NCBI GenBank assembly: GCA_045536725.1
Contig: JAZSOC010000034.1
Span: 17,228 to 81,227 of the forward strand
DNA length: 64,000 bases
Reading direction: 5' to 3'
Origin: Candidatus Nanosyncoccus sp.
GTDB lineage: Bacteria > Patescibacteriota > Saccharimonadia > Saccharimonadales > Saccharimonadaceae
Under the pieces are notes generated by a model, which made no database searches, was not told the origin of the DNA, and was given only the letters and a program-made list of their open reading frames with translations. Shown in pieces: positions 1 to 9,503 of this stretch. Each line of letters begins with the position of its first letter. Positions within the stretch are counted from its first letter, which is position 1. The position numbers and the translations under genes were made by a program.

Positions 1-321
1 CAGCTCTATCTTGCCGGCGTTTCCCGTCTCTTTGCCCAGCCAGAGTTTATGGATAACGCCCGCGTTCAAGCTGTCGCTAAACTTCTCGATAATCTTGAGC
101 CCTGGCTCCGTGAAGCTGCCCCTGGCCAGCCCCTCAATATCTTCATTGGTCATGAAAATCCCATTGGCAAATCTTCCGAGGTCTCTCTTATCATTAGCAA
201 GTTTCGTTCCCCTTATTCAGACAATAGCTACATCGGCGTCCTTGGCCCCACCCGCCAAAATTACAGTCACGTCATGTCGCTCGTCCGTCGCGCAGGTAAT
301 ATTTTGGAGTCCACCCTATGA
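1..321 (+). CDS. hrcA: HrcA heat-inducible repressor, C-terminal part (5' end outside window)
   Basis: Frame 1 is open from nt 1. The C-terminus ...IGVLGPTRQNYSHVMSLV is typical of HrcA. Its stop overlaps the grpE start (ATGA at 318-321), matching hrcA-grpE synteny. Confidence 0.8.
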   Translation, partial: QLYLAGVSRLFAQPEFMDNARVQAVAKLLDNLEPWLREAAPGQPLNIFIGHENPIGKSSEVSLIISKFRSPYSDNSYIGVLGPTRQNYSHVMSLVRRAGNILESTL

Positions 322-749
322 CCAAAAAAGCAGCAGAAACCAATCAAGAAGCACAGATCACTGAGCTAACGAATGACCTTCAGCGTACTCGTGCCGATTT
401 TGAAAATTATCGCAAGCAAGTAGAATTGCAAAAATCCCAAGCTATGGATTCAGCCCGCTATGCTACTATTATGAAAATCTTGCCACTACTTGATAATCTC
501 GATCTCGCCATCAAAGCCCATGCAGAGCTCCAGCCCCTTGAGAAATCCTTAGCAAAAACCCTCTCAGAATTAAAGCTCGAGAAAATGCACACCGAGACTG
601 GCGTCGAATTTAATCCCGACCTCCACGAAGCCGTCATCATGGAGGATGGCGATGGCGACAAAGAAGTCGTTTCAGAAACTCTGCGCCCAGGTTACCTTTA
701 TGAAGGAAAGGTCCTTCGCGCCGCCATGGTCAAGGTCAAAAAAGCTTGA
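318..749 (+). CDS. grpE: Nucleotide exchange factor GrpE
   Basis: 143 aa with the RADFENYRKQ motif, a coiled N-terminus, and a C-terminal beta domain (FNPDLHEAV...V.KGY). Confidence 0.85.
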   Translation: MTKKAAETNQEAQITELTNDLQRTRADFENYRKQVELQKSQAMDSARYATIMKILPLLDNLDLAIKAHAELQPLEKSLAKTLSELKLEKMHTETGVEFNPDLHEAVIMEDGDGDKEVVSETLRPGYLYEGKVLRAAMVKVKKA

Positions 750-765
750 TATAATATATCTTAAT

Positions 766-1377
766 ATGGAAGAACAACTAGAGAAGATTAAAACATGGCT
801 CGGCACAGGCAGCATTAATATTTTTGGCTTACCAATGAGCGGTAAAGACACCGTCGGCATTAACCTCGCCGAACGTCTTGGCGCCAAATTCCTTTCCTCC
901 GGCCTCATCATCCGCACCATAGAAGCAGAAGAGCGTCTCCACTATACAGAAAGTGGTAAACTCTTCCCTACGGACATGTTCCGTGAACGTATTTTACCTT
1001 ATATTAATCATTCAGACCTTCGTGATTACCCCCTCATTTTAAGCTCTGTTGGTCGCTGGTCTGGCGAAGAAATTCCTACCATTGAAACTTGTGCCAACTC
1101 CGGCCACGAAATTAAAGCCGCCATCCTACTTAACATCTCCGAGTCAGACGTTCTCAACCGCTGGGAAACTGCCAAAGAAACTGGCGACCGTGGCGATCGC
1201 CCAGACGATCGTAAGCTAGAAGTCTTCCAGACTCGCATTGAAGAATTTAAAACTAAAACCATGCCCGTCATTGAACATTACCGTGAGCTCGGCCTACTTC
1301 TCACTGTCAATGCTGATGACACTCGCGAAAATGTCTTTAACAACGTCGTTTCCGCCCTTGCTCAAAAAGCCAGCTAG
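766..1377 (+). CDS. Adenylate kinase family (NMP kinase-like) protein
   Basis: P-loop-like GLPMSGKDT and an Adk-like C-terminus (RPDDRKLEVFQTRIEEFKTKTMPVIEHYRELGLL). I chose the start at ATG 766, which lies 10 nt after TGATATAAT (747-755). The ORF-track extension to 646 overlaps grpE and is probably not translated. Confidence 0.6.
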   Translation: MEEQLEKIKTWLGTGSINIFGLPMSGKDTVGINLAERLGAKFLSSGLIIRTIEAEERLHYTESGKLFPTDMFRERILPYINHSDLRDYPLILSSVGRWSGEEIPTIETCANSGHEIKAAILLNISESDVLNRWETAKETGDRGDRPDDRKLEVFQTRIEEFKTKTMPVIEHYRELGLLLTVNADDTRENVFNNVVSALAQKAS

Positions 1378-3158
1378 TCACGTTTTAACATCACAGTAAA
1401 CGCTTCGCTTGGAATATCCACCTTCCCAAAGCGTTTCATTCTCGCCTTACCTCGTTTCTGTTTTTCTAGTAGCTTTGCTTTTCTATCTCGGTCGCCCGTA
1501 TGAATTTTTACCGTCACATCTTTTCGATATGCGCCAATCGTTTCCCTTGCTAAAATCCTCGCACCAATCGCCGCTTGCAGGGCCACTTCATAGTTCTGTC
1601 GTGGAATTACTTCTTTTAGCTTCTTCGTCACTTCCCTACCTATCGCATCAGCCTCCGTTCTATGACACATAATCGCTAAAGCATCAATCTTCTGCCCCGC
1701 CACCAAGAAGTCTACTCTTACTAAATCTTCTGCCCGATAATCAGAAAGTTCATAATTAAATGACGCATATCCCGAAGAAAGTGATTTTAATTGATCATAA
1801 AAATCCGTCAGTAAATTCGCCATTGGCGCCTCAAAATCTATCACTGCCCGACCCTCAATATAGGATAAATTCTTTTGCCGCCCACGCTTCTCAATGATTA
1901 AGCTAAGTACATTGCCAATCATCTGACTTGGTAAAATAATCTCGCCCTTCACCCACGGCTCACGAATCTCCAGCACGTCGCTCATATCTGGCAAATCCGC
2001 CGCCGATTTTATTTCAATTTCTTCCCCACTATTTAACTTCACCTCATAATTCGTAGATGGATTCGTCACCACTAAATCCAGCTTGAATTCCCTTTCAAGC
2101 CTCTCCCGAATAATGTCCATATGTAGCAATCCCAAAAAGCCGATCCGCAGGCCAAAGCCAAGCACTGGTGAATTCTCTGGCTCAAACTGCAATGCCGAAT
2201 CAGACAACGCCAACTTCTCTACCGCCTCACGCAAATCCTTATACTGGTCATTACTAACCGGGAAAAAGCCCGCATAAACAAATGGCAACACGTTTTTATA
2301 TCCAGGCAAAGCCCTTTCTGCTGGAGCTTTTGCGAGCGTCACCGTATCACCCACCTTTGCCTCACGCGTAGTCTTTAAATTGGTTACAATATAACCAATT
2401 TCTCCTTCATGTAGCGCATCCCGCGGCTGCATTTCTGGACTCAATATCCCCACTTCTAGCGCCATACCTTCCACTTCCGCTGCCATCATTTTTATTGCTG
2501 AATTCTTCGCAAGTTCCCCCTCAAAAACCCGCACATATAATACCACCCCCCGATAGTCGTCAAAATAGCTATCAAAAATCAGTGCACGCAACGGACGCAC
2601 CTCAGCAACCTCTCTTTTTGGCGCAGGTGCCCGTTCAATAATCTCATCTAAAACACGTTCCACATTTAATCCTGTTTTTGCCGACACCCCAATAATCTCT
2701 TCCGACTTACAGCCGAGTAAATTCACAATCTCTGCCGTCACTTTTGGCACATCCGCTGCCGGCAAATCAATTTTATTAATCACTGGGATAATCGTTAAAT
2801 CTTGCTCTAATGCCAAATACACATTCGCAAGCGTCTGCGCCTGTATCCCCTGTGTCGCATCCACCACTAAAATTGCCGTCTCTACCGCCTGCAAACTGCG
2901 CGACACTTCATAAGAAAAATCCACATGTCCTGGCGTGTCAATCAAATTCAATTCATATCCTTTATAGTGCATCTGCACCGGCGTCAATTTAATCGTAATC
3001 CCCTTTTCCCGCTCCAACTCCATTGAATCAAGTAGCTGCTGCTTCATCGCCCGCTTCTCTACCGTACCAGTAATTTCCATCATTCGGTCAGCCAAAGTGG
3101 ATTTACCATGGTCAATATGCGCAATGATACAAAAATTCCGGATTTTTTCACTATTCAT
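1374..3158 (-). CDS. lepA: Elongation factor 4 (LepA)
   Basis: 594 aa. G-domain motifs AHIDHGKST, DTPGH, NKID, plus a conserved LepA C-terminal domain. Confidence 0.95.
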   Translation of the reverse strand: MNSEKIRNFCIIAHIDHGKSTLADRMMEITGTVEKRAMKQQLLDSMELEREKGITIKLTPVQMHYKGYELNLIDTPGHVDFSYEVSRSLQAVETAILVVDATQGIQAQTLANVYLALEQDLTIIPVINKIDLPAADVPKVTAEIVNLLGCKSEEIIGVSAKTGLNVERVLDEIIERAPAPKREVAEVRPLRALIFDSYFDDYRGVVLYVRVFEGELAKNSAIKMMAAEVEGMALEVGILSPEMQPRDALHEGEIGYIVTNLKTTREAKVGDTVTLAKAPAERALPGYKNVLPFVYAGFFPVSNDQYKDLREAVEKLALSDSALQFEPENSPVLGFGLRIGFLGLLHMDIIRERLEREFKLDLVVTNPSTNYEVKLNSGEEIEIKSAADLPDMSDVLEIREPWVKGEIILPSQMIGNVLSLIIEKRGRQKNLSYIEGRAVIDFEAPMANLLTDFYDQLKSLSSGYASFNYELSDYRAEDLVRVDFLVAGQKIDALAIMCHRTEADAIGREVTKKLKEVIPRQNYEVALQAAIGARILARETIGAYRKDVTVKIHTGDRDRKAKLLEKQKRGKARMKRFGKVDIPSEAFTVMLKRD

Positions 3159-3179
3159 TATCTATAATTATAACATATT

Positions 3180-3998
3180 CTACTTTAATATAAAGTAATT
3201 CTTCTCTAATCGCACTAACTTATCACCAGGCAAATTGAACTTCTTCCCTGGCGCATATTCACGTATCGCTTCTAAGAAATCTCTTAGTTGCGGCCGTGTT
3301 AATCTAATATTCACCCTCAAAAGCCCCGCCCTTAAAATCTCCATTGCCGCCTTCTCGTCCATTTCCTTAAACCATGCTCGCTGATACATCCCATTCCCTG
3401 GTAAAATCCCAGTAATTATCCCATCGATTTCCGTCTTTAACTCTCCCTGCTCCTCAATCATTTTCACTAATTGCGTCACCAGTAGCTCACTCATTTTTAC
3501 TCGCACACGGTTTCTCAGATACTTCTCCTCCACATTTGTCGGGTCCTGCCGGAACACTACATCATGCTCCGCCGCATATTTTAGAATTTCCTTTTTACTC
3601 ATAGTGAGCAGTGGCCGTACAATTTCATCATTACCCATCGGAGTAAGCCCCCTCCATCCCGTCCCCCGCATCAAATTAATTACCGCCGACTCTACCATAT
3701 CGTCTTGATGATGCGCCGTATAAATCCGCCCATTTTGCTCTCTTGCCACCTGCCGCAAAAATGCATAGCGCGCTTTCCTTGCCTGTTCCTCGGATACTCC
3801 CTCACCTAACCTTGCTTCCCCCACTATACATTTCACCTTATTTTCCGAACAAACTTTTTGTACAAACTCTCTATCATCCCCAGAACTTGGCCGTGTCCCA
3901 TGGTCAAAATGTGCCACCATCACTTCCGACTGATTCTTCAACATCTCAAAGAGCACCATCGAATCCACCCCTCCGCTCACCGCCAAAATCTTTTTCAT
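3180..3998 (-). CDS. tilS: tRNA(Ile)-lysidine synthase
   Basis: PP-loop SGGVDS near the N-terminus and a TilS-like body. The start is probably MKKILAV (3998); the ORF track extends to 4034. Confidence 0.8.
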   Translation of the reverse strand: MKKILAVSGGVDSMVLFEMLKNQSEVMVAHFDHGTRPSSGDDREFVQKVCSENKVKCIVGEARLGEGVSEEQARKARYAFLRQVAREQNGRIYTAHHQDDMVESAVINLMRGTGWRGLTPMGNDEIVRPLLTMSKKEILKYAAEHDVVFRQDPTNVEEKYLRNRVRVKMSELLVTQLVKMIEEQGELKTEIDGIITGILPGNGMYQRAWFKEMDEKAAMEILRAGLLRVNIRLTRPQLRDFLEAIREYAPGKKFNLPGDKLVRLEKNYFILK

Positions 3999-4066
3999 TA
4001 GTCTTTTTATATCACATCTACCCCTGTAATTCAAGCATAATCACTTAGGTATGCTATAATATAATT

Positions 4067-4675
4067 ATGTTAATACCTTCTTCACGCATCATTGGTGTTC
4101 CCGTCTTATCATTACATGTCACCGCACCCATTGGCCACACCACTGCACCCATTATCAATCCTTCCAATCTACAAATCGTTGCAATGTTTGTAGATGGTCC
4201 CGCCATCAAAAAAGATGGCGCCGGAGATATCCTTGATATTCGCTCCATTCGCGAATTCTCTAGTCTCGGCATGATTATTAATTCCGCAGATGACCTCGTT
4301 TCCCGCGAAGACGCCATCCGCCTTAAAAAAATCCTCGATATTAACTTCGAGCTTATCGGTAAAAAAGTTATCACTAAAAAAGGCACTAAGCTCGGTAAGG
4401 TCATCAATTACACCTTAGATCCTTCCACTTTTCACATCGCTCAACTCATTGTACAGCGCCCCACTTTTAAGGCTATTATTGACCCAGAGTTAGTCATTGG
4501 CTTTTCTCAGATCGCCAAAATTACCGACACGGAAATCATCGTTAAAAACGAAGAAGAAAAAGTCAGAAAAGAATCCACTAAGAAAGATTTTGTACCAAAT
4601 TTCGTTAATCCTTTCCGAGAACCTCACTACGCACCAATTCAAAGTCAAAACCCTGACGAACAAGATAAGCAATAA
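4067..4675 (+). CDS. PRC-barrel-like domain protein (two repeats)
   Basis: 202 aa with two similar segments resembling PRC-barrel proteins. The promoter is leaderless: TGCTATAAT at 4052-4060, 6 nt, then ATG. Confidence 0.4.
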   Translation: MLIPSSRIIGVPVLSLHVTAPIGHTTAPIINPSNLQIVAMFVDGPAIKKDGAGDILDIRSIREFSSLGMIINSADDLVSREDAIRLKKILDINFELIGKKVITKKGTKLGKVINYTLDPSTFHIAQLIVQRPTFKAIIDPELVIGFSQIAKITDTEIIVKNEEEKVRKESTKKDFVPNFVNPFREPHYAPIQSQNPDEQDKQ

Positions 4676-5270
4676 GTTTTTCATCTGTATAGCGTGCACG
4701 CTTTCGTGTAATCATTTTACGCAACTCCTCCCTGTCGTCTCGCCCTACTTGTGCTAATGCTCGCACGGTCAATTCTTCCGCCACCCCCTTCTTTGCAAGT
4801 TCCATTTTTAACCTTTTGGTAGATACCCCCTTCTTTAAAAACCTATTCTCTACATAATACTCCGCAAACTTCTGGTCATCTAGATATTTCTTTTCTTGGA
4901 GCCTCACTACCACCGCCTCAATATCCTCATCTGAAATTTCATACTCCGGCTTATTGAACTTCTTTTTTCGCAGATAATCATACGTCTCCCGCACCGACCG
5001 TGGCCGTGTTAATACCCATTCCAGAGTCCGTTGGTATAACTTCCCAAAATTAGACGCCTTTCTAAAGCGCAATAAATCTGCCTCGGATAGCTTCATCCCC
5101 ACCTTCACTTTTAGATCTACTACTTGCGCCACATCTAAAGAAAAGGCAAACTTATCATTCACAAACACATTCACCCGCTTTTCATTCTTCACCGCCGGTG
5201 AAAGTTTTGTTATTACCTGCAAGTTCTCGGTGTCTAAAATATCATCAGAATTATTCCTGAGTATTTCCAT
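4605..5270 (-). CDS. recX: RecA regulator RecX
   Basis: 221 aa of helical repeats (YLRKKKF..., RLQEKKYLDDQKFAEYYVENR, LAKKGV). It lies downstream of recA in the same operon. Confidence 0.7.
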   Translation of the reverse strand: MEILRNNSDDILDTENLQVITKLSPAVKNEKRVNVFVNDKFAFSLDVAQVVDLKVKVGMKLSEADLLRFRKASNFGKLYQRTLEWVLTRPRSVRETYDYLRKKKFNKPEYEISDEDIEAVVVRLQEKKYLDDQKFAEYYVENRFLKKGVSTKRLKMELAKKGVAEELTVRALAQVGRDDREELRKMITRKRARYTDEKLIAYLVRQGFDFELVRSEVLGKD

Positions 5271-5817
5271 TTTTCTTTGTCAGCCAAAACTTAGTTAGCT
5301 CCCTAGTAAAGAAAGCATTCTTAATTGGATCTTTAGCATTCTCATCTATAAATTTATCAAAATCTTTCAGTTTCACCCATTTTACTGCACTCACTTCACC
5401 ATCATCAAAGGAAAAATCATCTCCTTTCCCTGTCCAGTCACAAAGATAATGATAAGCATACATTTGTACTTCAAAGAATGTTTTCAACTTAAACATAAAC
5501 TCTAAATCTTCCGCTTTTGCGCGTGCGCCAATCTCTTCAAAAAGCTCCCGTACGGCCGCATCTACCGTACGTTCGCCATTGTTAATATGCCCCCCAGCGG
5601 AAACATCCCACTTTCCACCATGCCTAACCTGCGGCGCGCGCTGCTGAAATAATACTTCTATACCTTCATTCGTATAACGATATAACCACACAGCTGCTGC
5701 TGCCACATAAGCATCACTCTCACCATTAAGAGGGCCACCTAATGCAGCATCGTAGCCATCCGTATCCACACGTTCACCCTCCATATCATATACTTGCCAC
5801 TTTTCATCCGTGTGCAT
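5251..5817 (-). CDS. NUDIX hydrolase
   Basis: Nudix box GGHINNGERTVDAAVRELFEEIG. The start shares a TAATG overlap with the recA stop. Confidence 0.8.
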   Translation of the reverse strand: MHTDEKWQVYDMEGERVDTDGYDAALGGPLNGESDAYVAAAAVWLYRYTNEGIEVLFQQRAPQVRHGGKWDVSAGGHINNGERTVDAAVRELFEEIGARAKAEDLEFMFKLKTFFEVQMYAYHYLCDWTGKGDDFSFDDGEVSAVKWVKLKDFDKFIDENAKDPIKNAFFTRELTKFWLTKKNGNTQE

Positions 5818-6845
5818 TAAACCTCCTCTGCCGCTTTCTCGCGTACCTGTTTTTCAATTTCTTCCATTAATTCCGGCTTTTCCTTAAACAACTTTTTCAC
5901 AGCCTCACGCCCTTGCCCCAAAGTTTCGCCTTTATATTTAAGGAACGCACCAGCCTTATCAATCACGCCATACTGCACTGCAAGGTCTAAAATATCGCCA
6001 GTCTTAGAAATCCCTTCATTATACATAATGTCAAACTCTGCCGTCCTAAATGGTGCCGCAATTTTATTCTTTACCACCTTGATCTTCGTCCGGTTGCCAG
6101 AGATATTATCCCCCGCCTTAATCTGCCCAATCCGACGAATATCTAAGCGTACTGATGCATAAAACTTCAATGCGTTCCCACCAGTAGTCGTCTCCGGGTT
6201 ACCAAACATCACTCCAATCTTCATTCTAATCTGGTTAATAAAGATTACTGTTGCCTTAGACTTAGAAATGATACCTGTCAGCTTTCTCATTGCCTGAGAC
6301 ATCAAACGCGCCTGAAGGCCCATCTGCGCATCACCCATCTCACCGTCAATCTCTGCTTGCGGAACGAGCGCTGCCACTGAATCCACTACAATTAAATCTA
6401 CTGCAGATGAACGCACTAATGTTTCACAAATCTCCAGCGCCTGTTCACCATTATCTGGCTGCGAAATCAACAAATCTTCCGTCTTCACACCAATCTTCTT
6501 TGCATAGGCTGGGTCCAGTGCATGCTCCGCATCAATAAACGCTGCCTGCCCACCCTGCTTCTGAATCTCCGCAATTGCATGAAGCGCCAGAGTCGTCTTG
6601 CCAGATGATTCTGGCCCGTAAATCTCAATAATCCGACCCTTTGGATAGCCGCCGCCTAATGCCAAATCAAGCGATAAAGACCCACTTGGCAAAAGCTCTA
6701 CATCAATCTTCTTCGCCTCCCCCAGCTTCATAATGGAACCGTCTCCAAACTGTTTTGTAATCTGAGCAATCGCCAAATCTAATGCCTGGTTCTTGCCGCT
6801 ATTTGCTGTTTCTGCCATTTCTGATTTACTTGTTTTCTTTGGCAT
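5817..6845 (-). CDS. recA: Recombinase RecA
   Basis: 342 aa with Walker [10 protein letters not shown] and full-length RecA similarity. A strong SD (aaaggagg) lies upstream. Confidence 0.97.
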   Translation of the reverse strand: MPKKTSKSEMAETANSGKNQALDLAIAQITKQFGDGSIMKLGEAKKIDVELLPSGSLSLDLALGGGYPKGRIIEIYGPESSGKTTLALHAIAEIQKQGGQAAFIDAEHALDPAYAKKIGVKTEDLLISQPDNGEQALEICETLVRSSAVDLIVVDSVAALVPQAEIDGEMGDAQMGLQARLMSQAMRKLTGIISKSKATVIFINQIRMKIGVMFGNPETTTGGNALKFYASVRLDIRRIGQIKAGDNISGNRTKIKVVKNKIAAPFRTAEFDIMYNEGISKTGDILDLAVQYGVIDKAGAFLKYKGETLGQGREAVKKLFKEKPELMEEIEKQVREKAAEEV

Positions 6846-6925
6846 ATTTACCTCCTTTTCTTATATCTATTATATATCAGACCACCTGAGAAGTTGCAAG
6901 CATGAATAGAATTATTTTTAATTCA

Positions 6926-8143
6926 TCACGTTATCCTCCTATCTAAATATCTTACCGAGCCAAACGGAATCTTCGTCTTGATCTGCTCCGTCCCGAGCGT
7001 CGCCGCCGAATGTATCATCCGTGCTCCAAATCGCGCATTTATTGCATCTTCCGCCTCGCATATCTTCTCTGTCCGTTCTAACTCATCATCAAATAATGAC
7101 CGTTCCGCGCTTGGACTTCTTTGTAATTTATATAAAGTCACCCCAATAATCCTAACCCCCTCCTTAAATCTCGCAAACAACTGCCGCACCACCTCCATAA
7201 TCTCCGCATCCGTCCGAAAAGCCCGTGGCAAAATCAATTTCTCACTCTGTCTCTCCCCATTATAATAATTCACCCACACCTGTACCCCGCACGCATATAG
7301 CCCCTTGCTCCGCAGCCTATATCCCACATCTTCCGCTAAATGTAACATCCGCACTAAAACTTCTCCCCGATCTAAAAACTTAGACTCCAATACATATTGC
7401 CGCCCCACCGTCTGTATCTCCGACTCAAAATCATCCACTTCCACCCCTCTTAGCCGCCGATACCATTTGGCCCCATCAATGCTCTTGCATACCATTTTCA
7501 CCAGCACCTCTTCCGGCGCACGATAAAGTTCCAAAGGCGTAAATATCCCCACTGCATTCAATCTATGTTCCATTCGCACATTTATCCCTGGAAGATCTAG
7601 TAGCTTCAATCCCCTATACACCCGTTCTAAATCAGAAACCGTAATCTCATCCAGGCCATCTGGCTTATGTAACTCCGCCGCCACCTTCGCCAGCCACCGA
7701 TTCGGCCCTATACCCACATTGCATCGCATATAGCACCCTACTTCTTCCCTCAACCGTCTCTTTATCTCACGCCCAATCTCATAAGCCGTCCGTTCGTCCC
7801 CTATTGCCATCTCAGATAATTCAATCGCTCCCTCATCTATTGATTTCATTACCACCCTACTAGAATACCCCTGTAAAATCTGTTCAAATTTTTTGTGCAC
7901 ATAAACATATTTAGAGGCTTCTGTCTCCGCGAACACCAAATCTGGACACAGCTCCAAAGCTTCCGCTCTTCGCATCCCCACCTTCACTCCGCACGCCTTC
8001 GCCTCATAACTCGCCGCAATAATACAAGAATTTGGCACTAACCGGTTCGTCACCGCCACCGGCTTATAGCGTAGCCTCGGCCGCGCCTGTTGCTCCACCG
8101 TCGCAAAACAAGAATTCAAATCTACATACATCACCTTATTCAT
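6926..8143 (-). CDS. dinB: Y-family DNA polymerase IV
   Basis: 405 aa with the N-terminal MYVDLNSCFATVEQ motif, SIDE, and a little-finger region. Confidence 0.85.
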   Translation of the reverse strand: MNKVMYVDLNSCFATVEQQARPRLRYKPVAVTNRLVPNSCIIAASYEAKACGVKVGMRRAEALELCPDLVFAETEASKYVYVHKKFEQILQGYSSRVVMKSIDEGAIELSEMAIGDERTAYEIGREIKRRLREEVGCYMRCNVGIGPNRWLAKVAAELHKPDGLDEITVSDLERVYRGLKLLDLPGINVRMEHRLNAVGIFTPLELYRAPEEVLVKMVCKSIDGAKWYRRLRGVEVDDFESEIQTVGRQYVLESKFLDRGEVLVRMLHLAEDVGYRLRSKGLYACGVQVWVNYYNGERQSEKLILPRAFRTDAEIMEVVRQLFARFKEGVRIIGVTLYKLQRSPSAERSLFDDELERTEKICEAEDAINARFGARMIHSAATLGTEQIKTKIPFGSVRYLDRRIT

Positions 8144-8444
8144 AATCGCCCATCCATTCCAAATACCAAGTTAACCTCTCCGTATCAAAAACTATCCGAT
8201 AGTCTGCTTCTCCATCTGTCACATCAAAAGCAAAACAAGTTTTCAGCCCATCATACTTTGGGTGCATCAGCCCCAATTCTAAAATCTCCACCACTCGCCC
8301 ATTTGCTCGCACAAATTTACGCGGCAAACACGGCAAAGTCCCCCTTTTAAACTCCGCTTCTACTTCTATTCTCTCATGTAAGTTTTCTTGATTCATAAAA
8401 TCTCCAAATAAGTTAATTTCTAGGGGGTGATGCAATATTGGCAT
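8136..8444 (-). CDS. Hypothetical protein cotranscribed with dinB
   Basis: The ORF overlaps the dinB start by 8 nt. An alternative start at 8393 (MNQENLH) has a ggag SD. I recognised no motif. Confidence 0.4.
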   Translation of the reverse strand: MPILHHPLEINLFGDFMNQENLHERIEVEAEFKRGTLPCLPRKFVRANGRVVEILELGLMHPKYDGLKTCFAFDVTDGEADYRIVFDTERLTWYLEWMGDYE

Positions 8445-8555
8445 CTAAGAATTTATGAATCAAAGCCAGTGACCAAAGTATGGCTAGATACCCTTATTAT
8501 AACAGATGTGGTATAATATATACAAGTATTTATATCAAAGTTAGGAGTTTTTATT

Positions 8556-9257
8556 ATGTCTGGACACAGTAAATGGGCCACCACCAAACGCCAAAAGGCC
8601 GTCGTAGACGCCAAGCGTGGCGCTCTCTTCACTAAAATCGGTAATCAGATCGCCATCGCTGCTCGCGGCGGCACAGACCCCGCTATGAACCCTTCCCTTG
8701 CTATGGTTCTAGAAAAGGCCCGCCTTGCCAACATGCCAAAAGCCAACATTGAACGCGCTATTGCTCGTGTTCAATCTAAAGAAGGTGCCGCTCTCGTTGA
8801 AGAAGTTTATGAAGCTTACGGCCCTGGCGGCATCGGCATTATCATTGAAGTTGCCACCGATAATAAAAATCGCACCATGCCAGAAGTCAGGAACATCCTC
8901 TCCAAGAATGGCGGCCGCATGGCCGATCCTGGCTCCGTCATGTTCCAGTTTGAAAGAAAAGGCGTTATCTTTATTACCGATAAAGGTGAAGATTCCCTCA
9001 TGCTCGCCCTTGAAGCTGGCGCTGAAGACGCCGTCGAAGAGGATGATGGCATTGAAATCTTCACCGCTGCCGCAGACCTCATGAAAGTCCGCGCCGCCCT
9101 CGTCGACGAGGGTCTAAATGTCACTTCCGCTGAACTTAAATATGTCGCGAACACCAGCGTCCCAGTCAGCGAAGAAAACGAAGAGAAAGTTGAAAAGCTC
9201 CTCGACGCCATCGACGATCTCGACGACGTCACCGCCGTTCACACTAACGCCGAATAA
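8556..9257 (+). CDS. yebC: YebC/PmpR family transcriptional regulator
   Basis: 233 aa with the N-terminal MSGHSKWATTKRQKA signature. SD aggag lies upstream. Confidence 0.93.
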   Translation: MSGHSKWATTKRQKAVVDAKRGALFTKIGNQIAIAARGGTDPAMNPSLAMVLEKARLANMPKANIERAIARVQSKEGAALVEEVYEAYGPGGIGIIIEVATDNKNRTMPEVRNILSKNGGRMADPGSVMFQFERKGVIFITDKGEDSLMLALEAGAEDAVEEDDGIEIFTAAADLMKVRAALVDEGLNVTSAELKYVANTSVPVSEENEEKVEKLLDAIDDLDDVTAVHTNAE

Positions 9258-9262
9258 TAAAG

Positions 9263-9284
9263 GAGCCCCAAAGGGGCTCTTTTA
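9263..9284 (+). terminator. Rho-independent terminator after yebC
   Basis: Stem gagcccc, loop aaa, stem ggggctc, followed by a T-run. Confidence 0.7.
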
Positions 9285-9394
9285 TTATATCTAAAACTAT
9301 GATATAATTACTCTATTGGTACCGTAAGCCTCCGGCTTTCGGCACCTGCGTTCAGATTAAAATCTAAAACAAGTTTTAGATTTTATCTTCACTT

Positions 9395-9471
9395 GGTACC
9401 GTAGCTCAGCTGGTTAGAGCGTGGGACTCATAAGCCCGAGGTCGGTGGTTCAATCCCACCCGGTACCACCA
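9395..9471 (+). tRNA. tRNA with CAU anticodon (elongator Met or Ile2; G1-C72 is paired, so not an initiator)
   Basis: Cloverleaf read by eye: acceptor ggtaccg/cggtacc, D-arm gctcagctggttagagc, anticodon loop ctCATaa, T-arm ggtggttcaatcccacc, and an encoded CCA. The 31-39 pair is an A-G mismatch. Confidence 0.85.
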
Positions 9472-9477
9472 GGAAAA

Positions 9478-9497
9478 AGCCTCTGTTTCCAGAGGCT
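9478..9497. terminator. Bidirectional hairpin terminator
   Basis: Stem agcctctg, loop tttc, stem cagaggct, flanked by an A-run and a T-run. It lies between the tRNA and the convergent ORF 9504..9950. Confidence 0.65.
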
Positions 9498-9503
9498 ATT
9501 TGA

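Noticed and set aside
646-765. N-terminal extension of the adenylate-kinase-like ORF overlapping grpE
   Set aside because: The extension is out of frame inside grpE and has no kinase similarity. An internal ATG at 766 is preceded by a TGATATAAT box.
6846-6925. LexA/Cheo box upstream of recA
   Set aside because: No GAAC-N4-GTTC is present. The only palindrome (gaatta-aaaa-taattc) is AT-rich and lies at the dinB 3' end, where it more plausibly acts as a weak terminator.
8725-9232. ORFs 8725..9084 (+) and 8816..9232 (-) inside yebC
   Set aside because: They are low-complexity shadow ORFs within a strongly supported gene. The same applies to shadow ORFs inside ftsK (14207-16003), pnp (18751-20126), polA (32097-34157), valS (57388-59676) and the ABC genes (49392-51089), among others.
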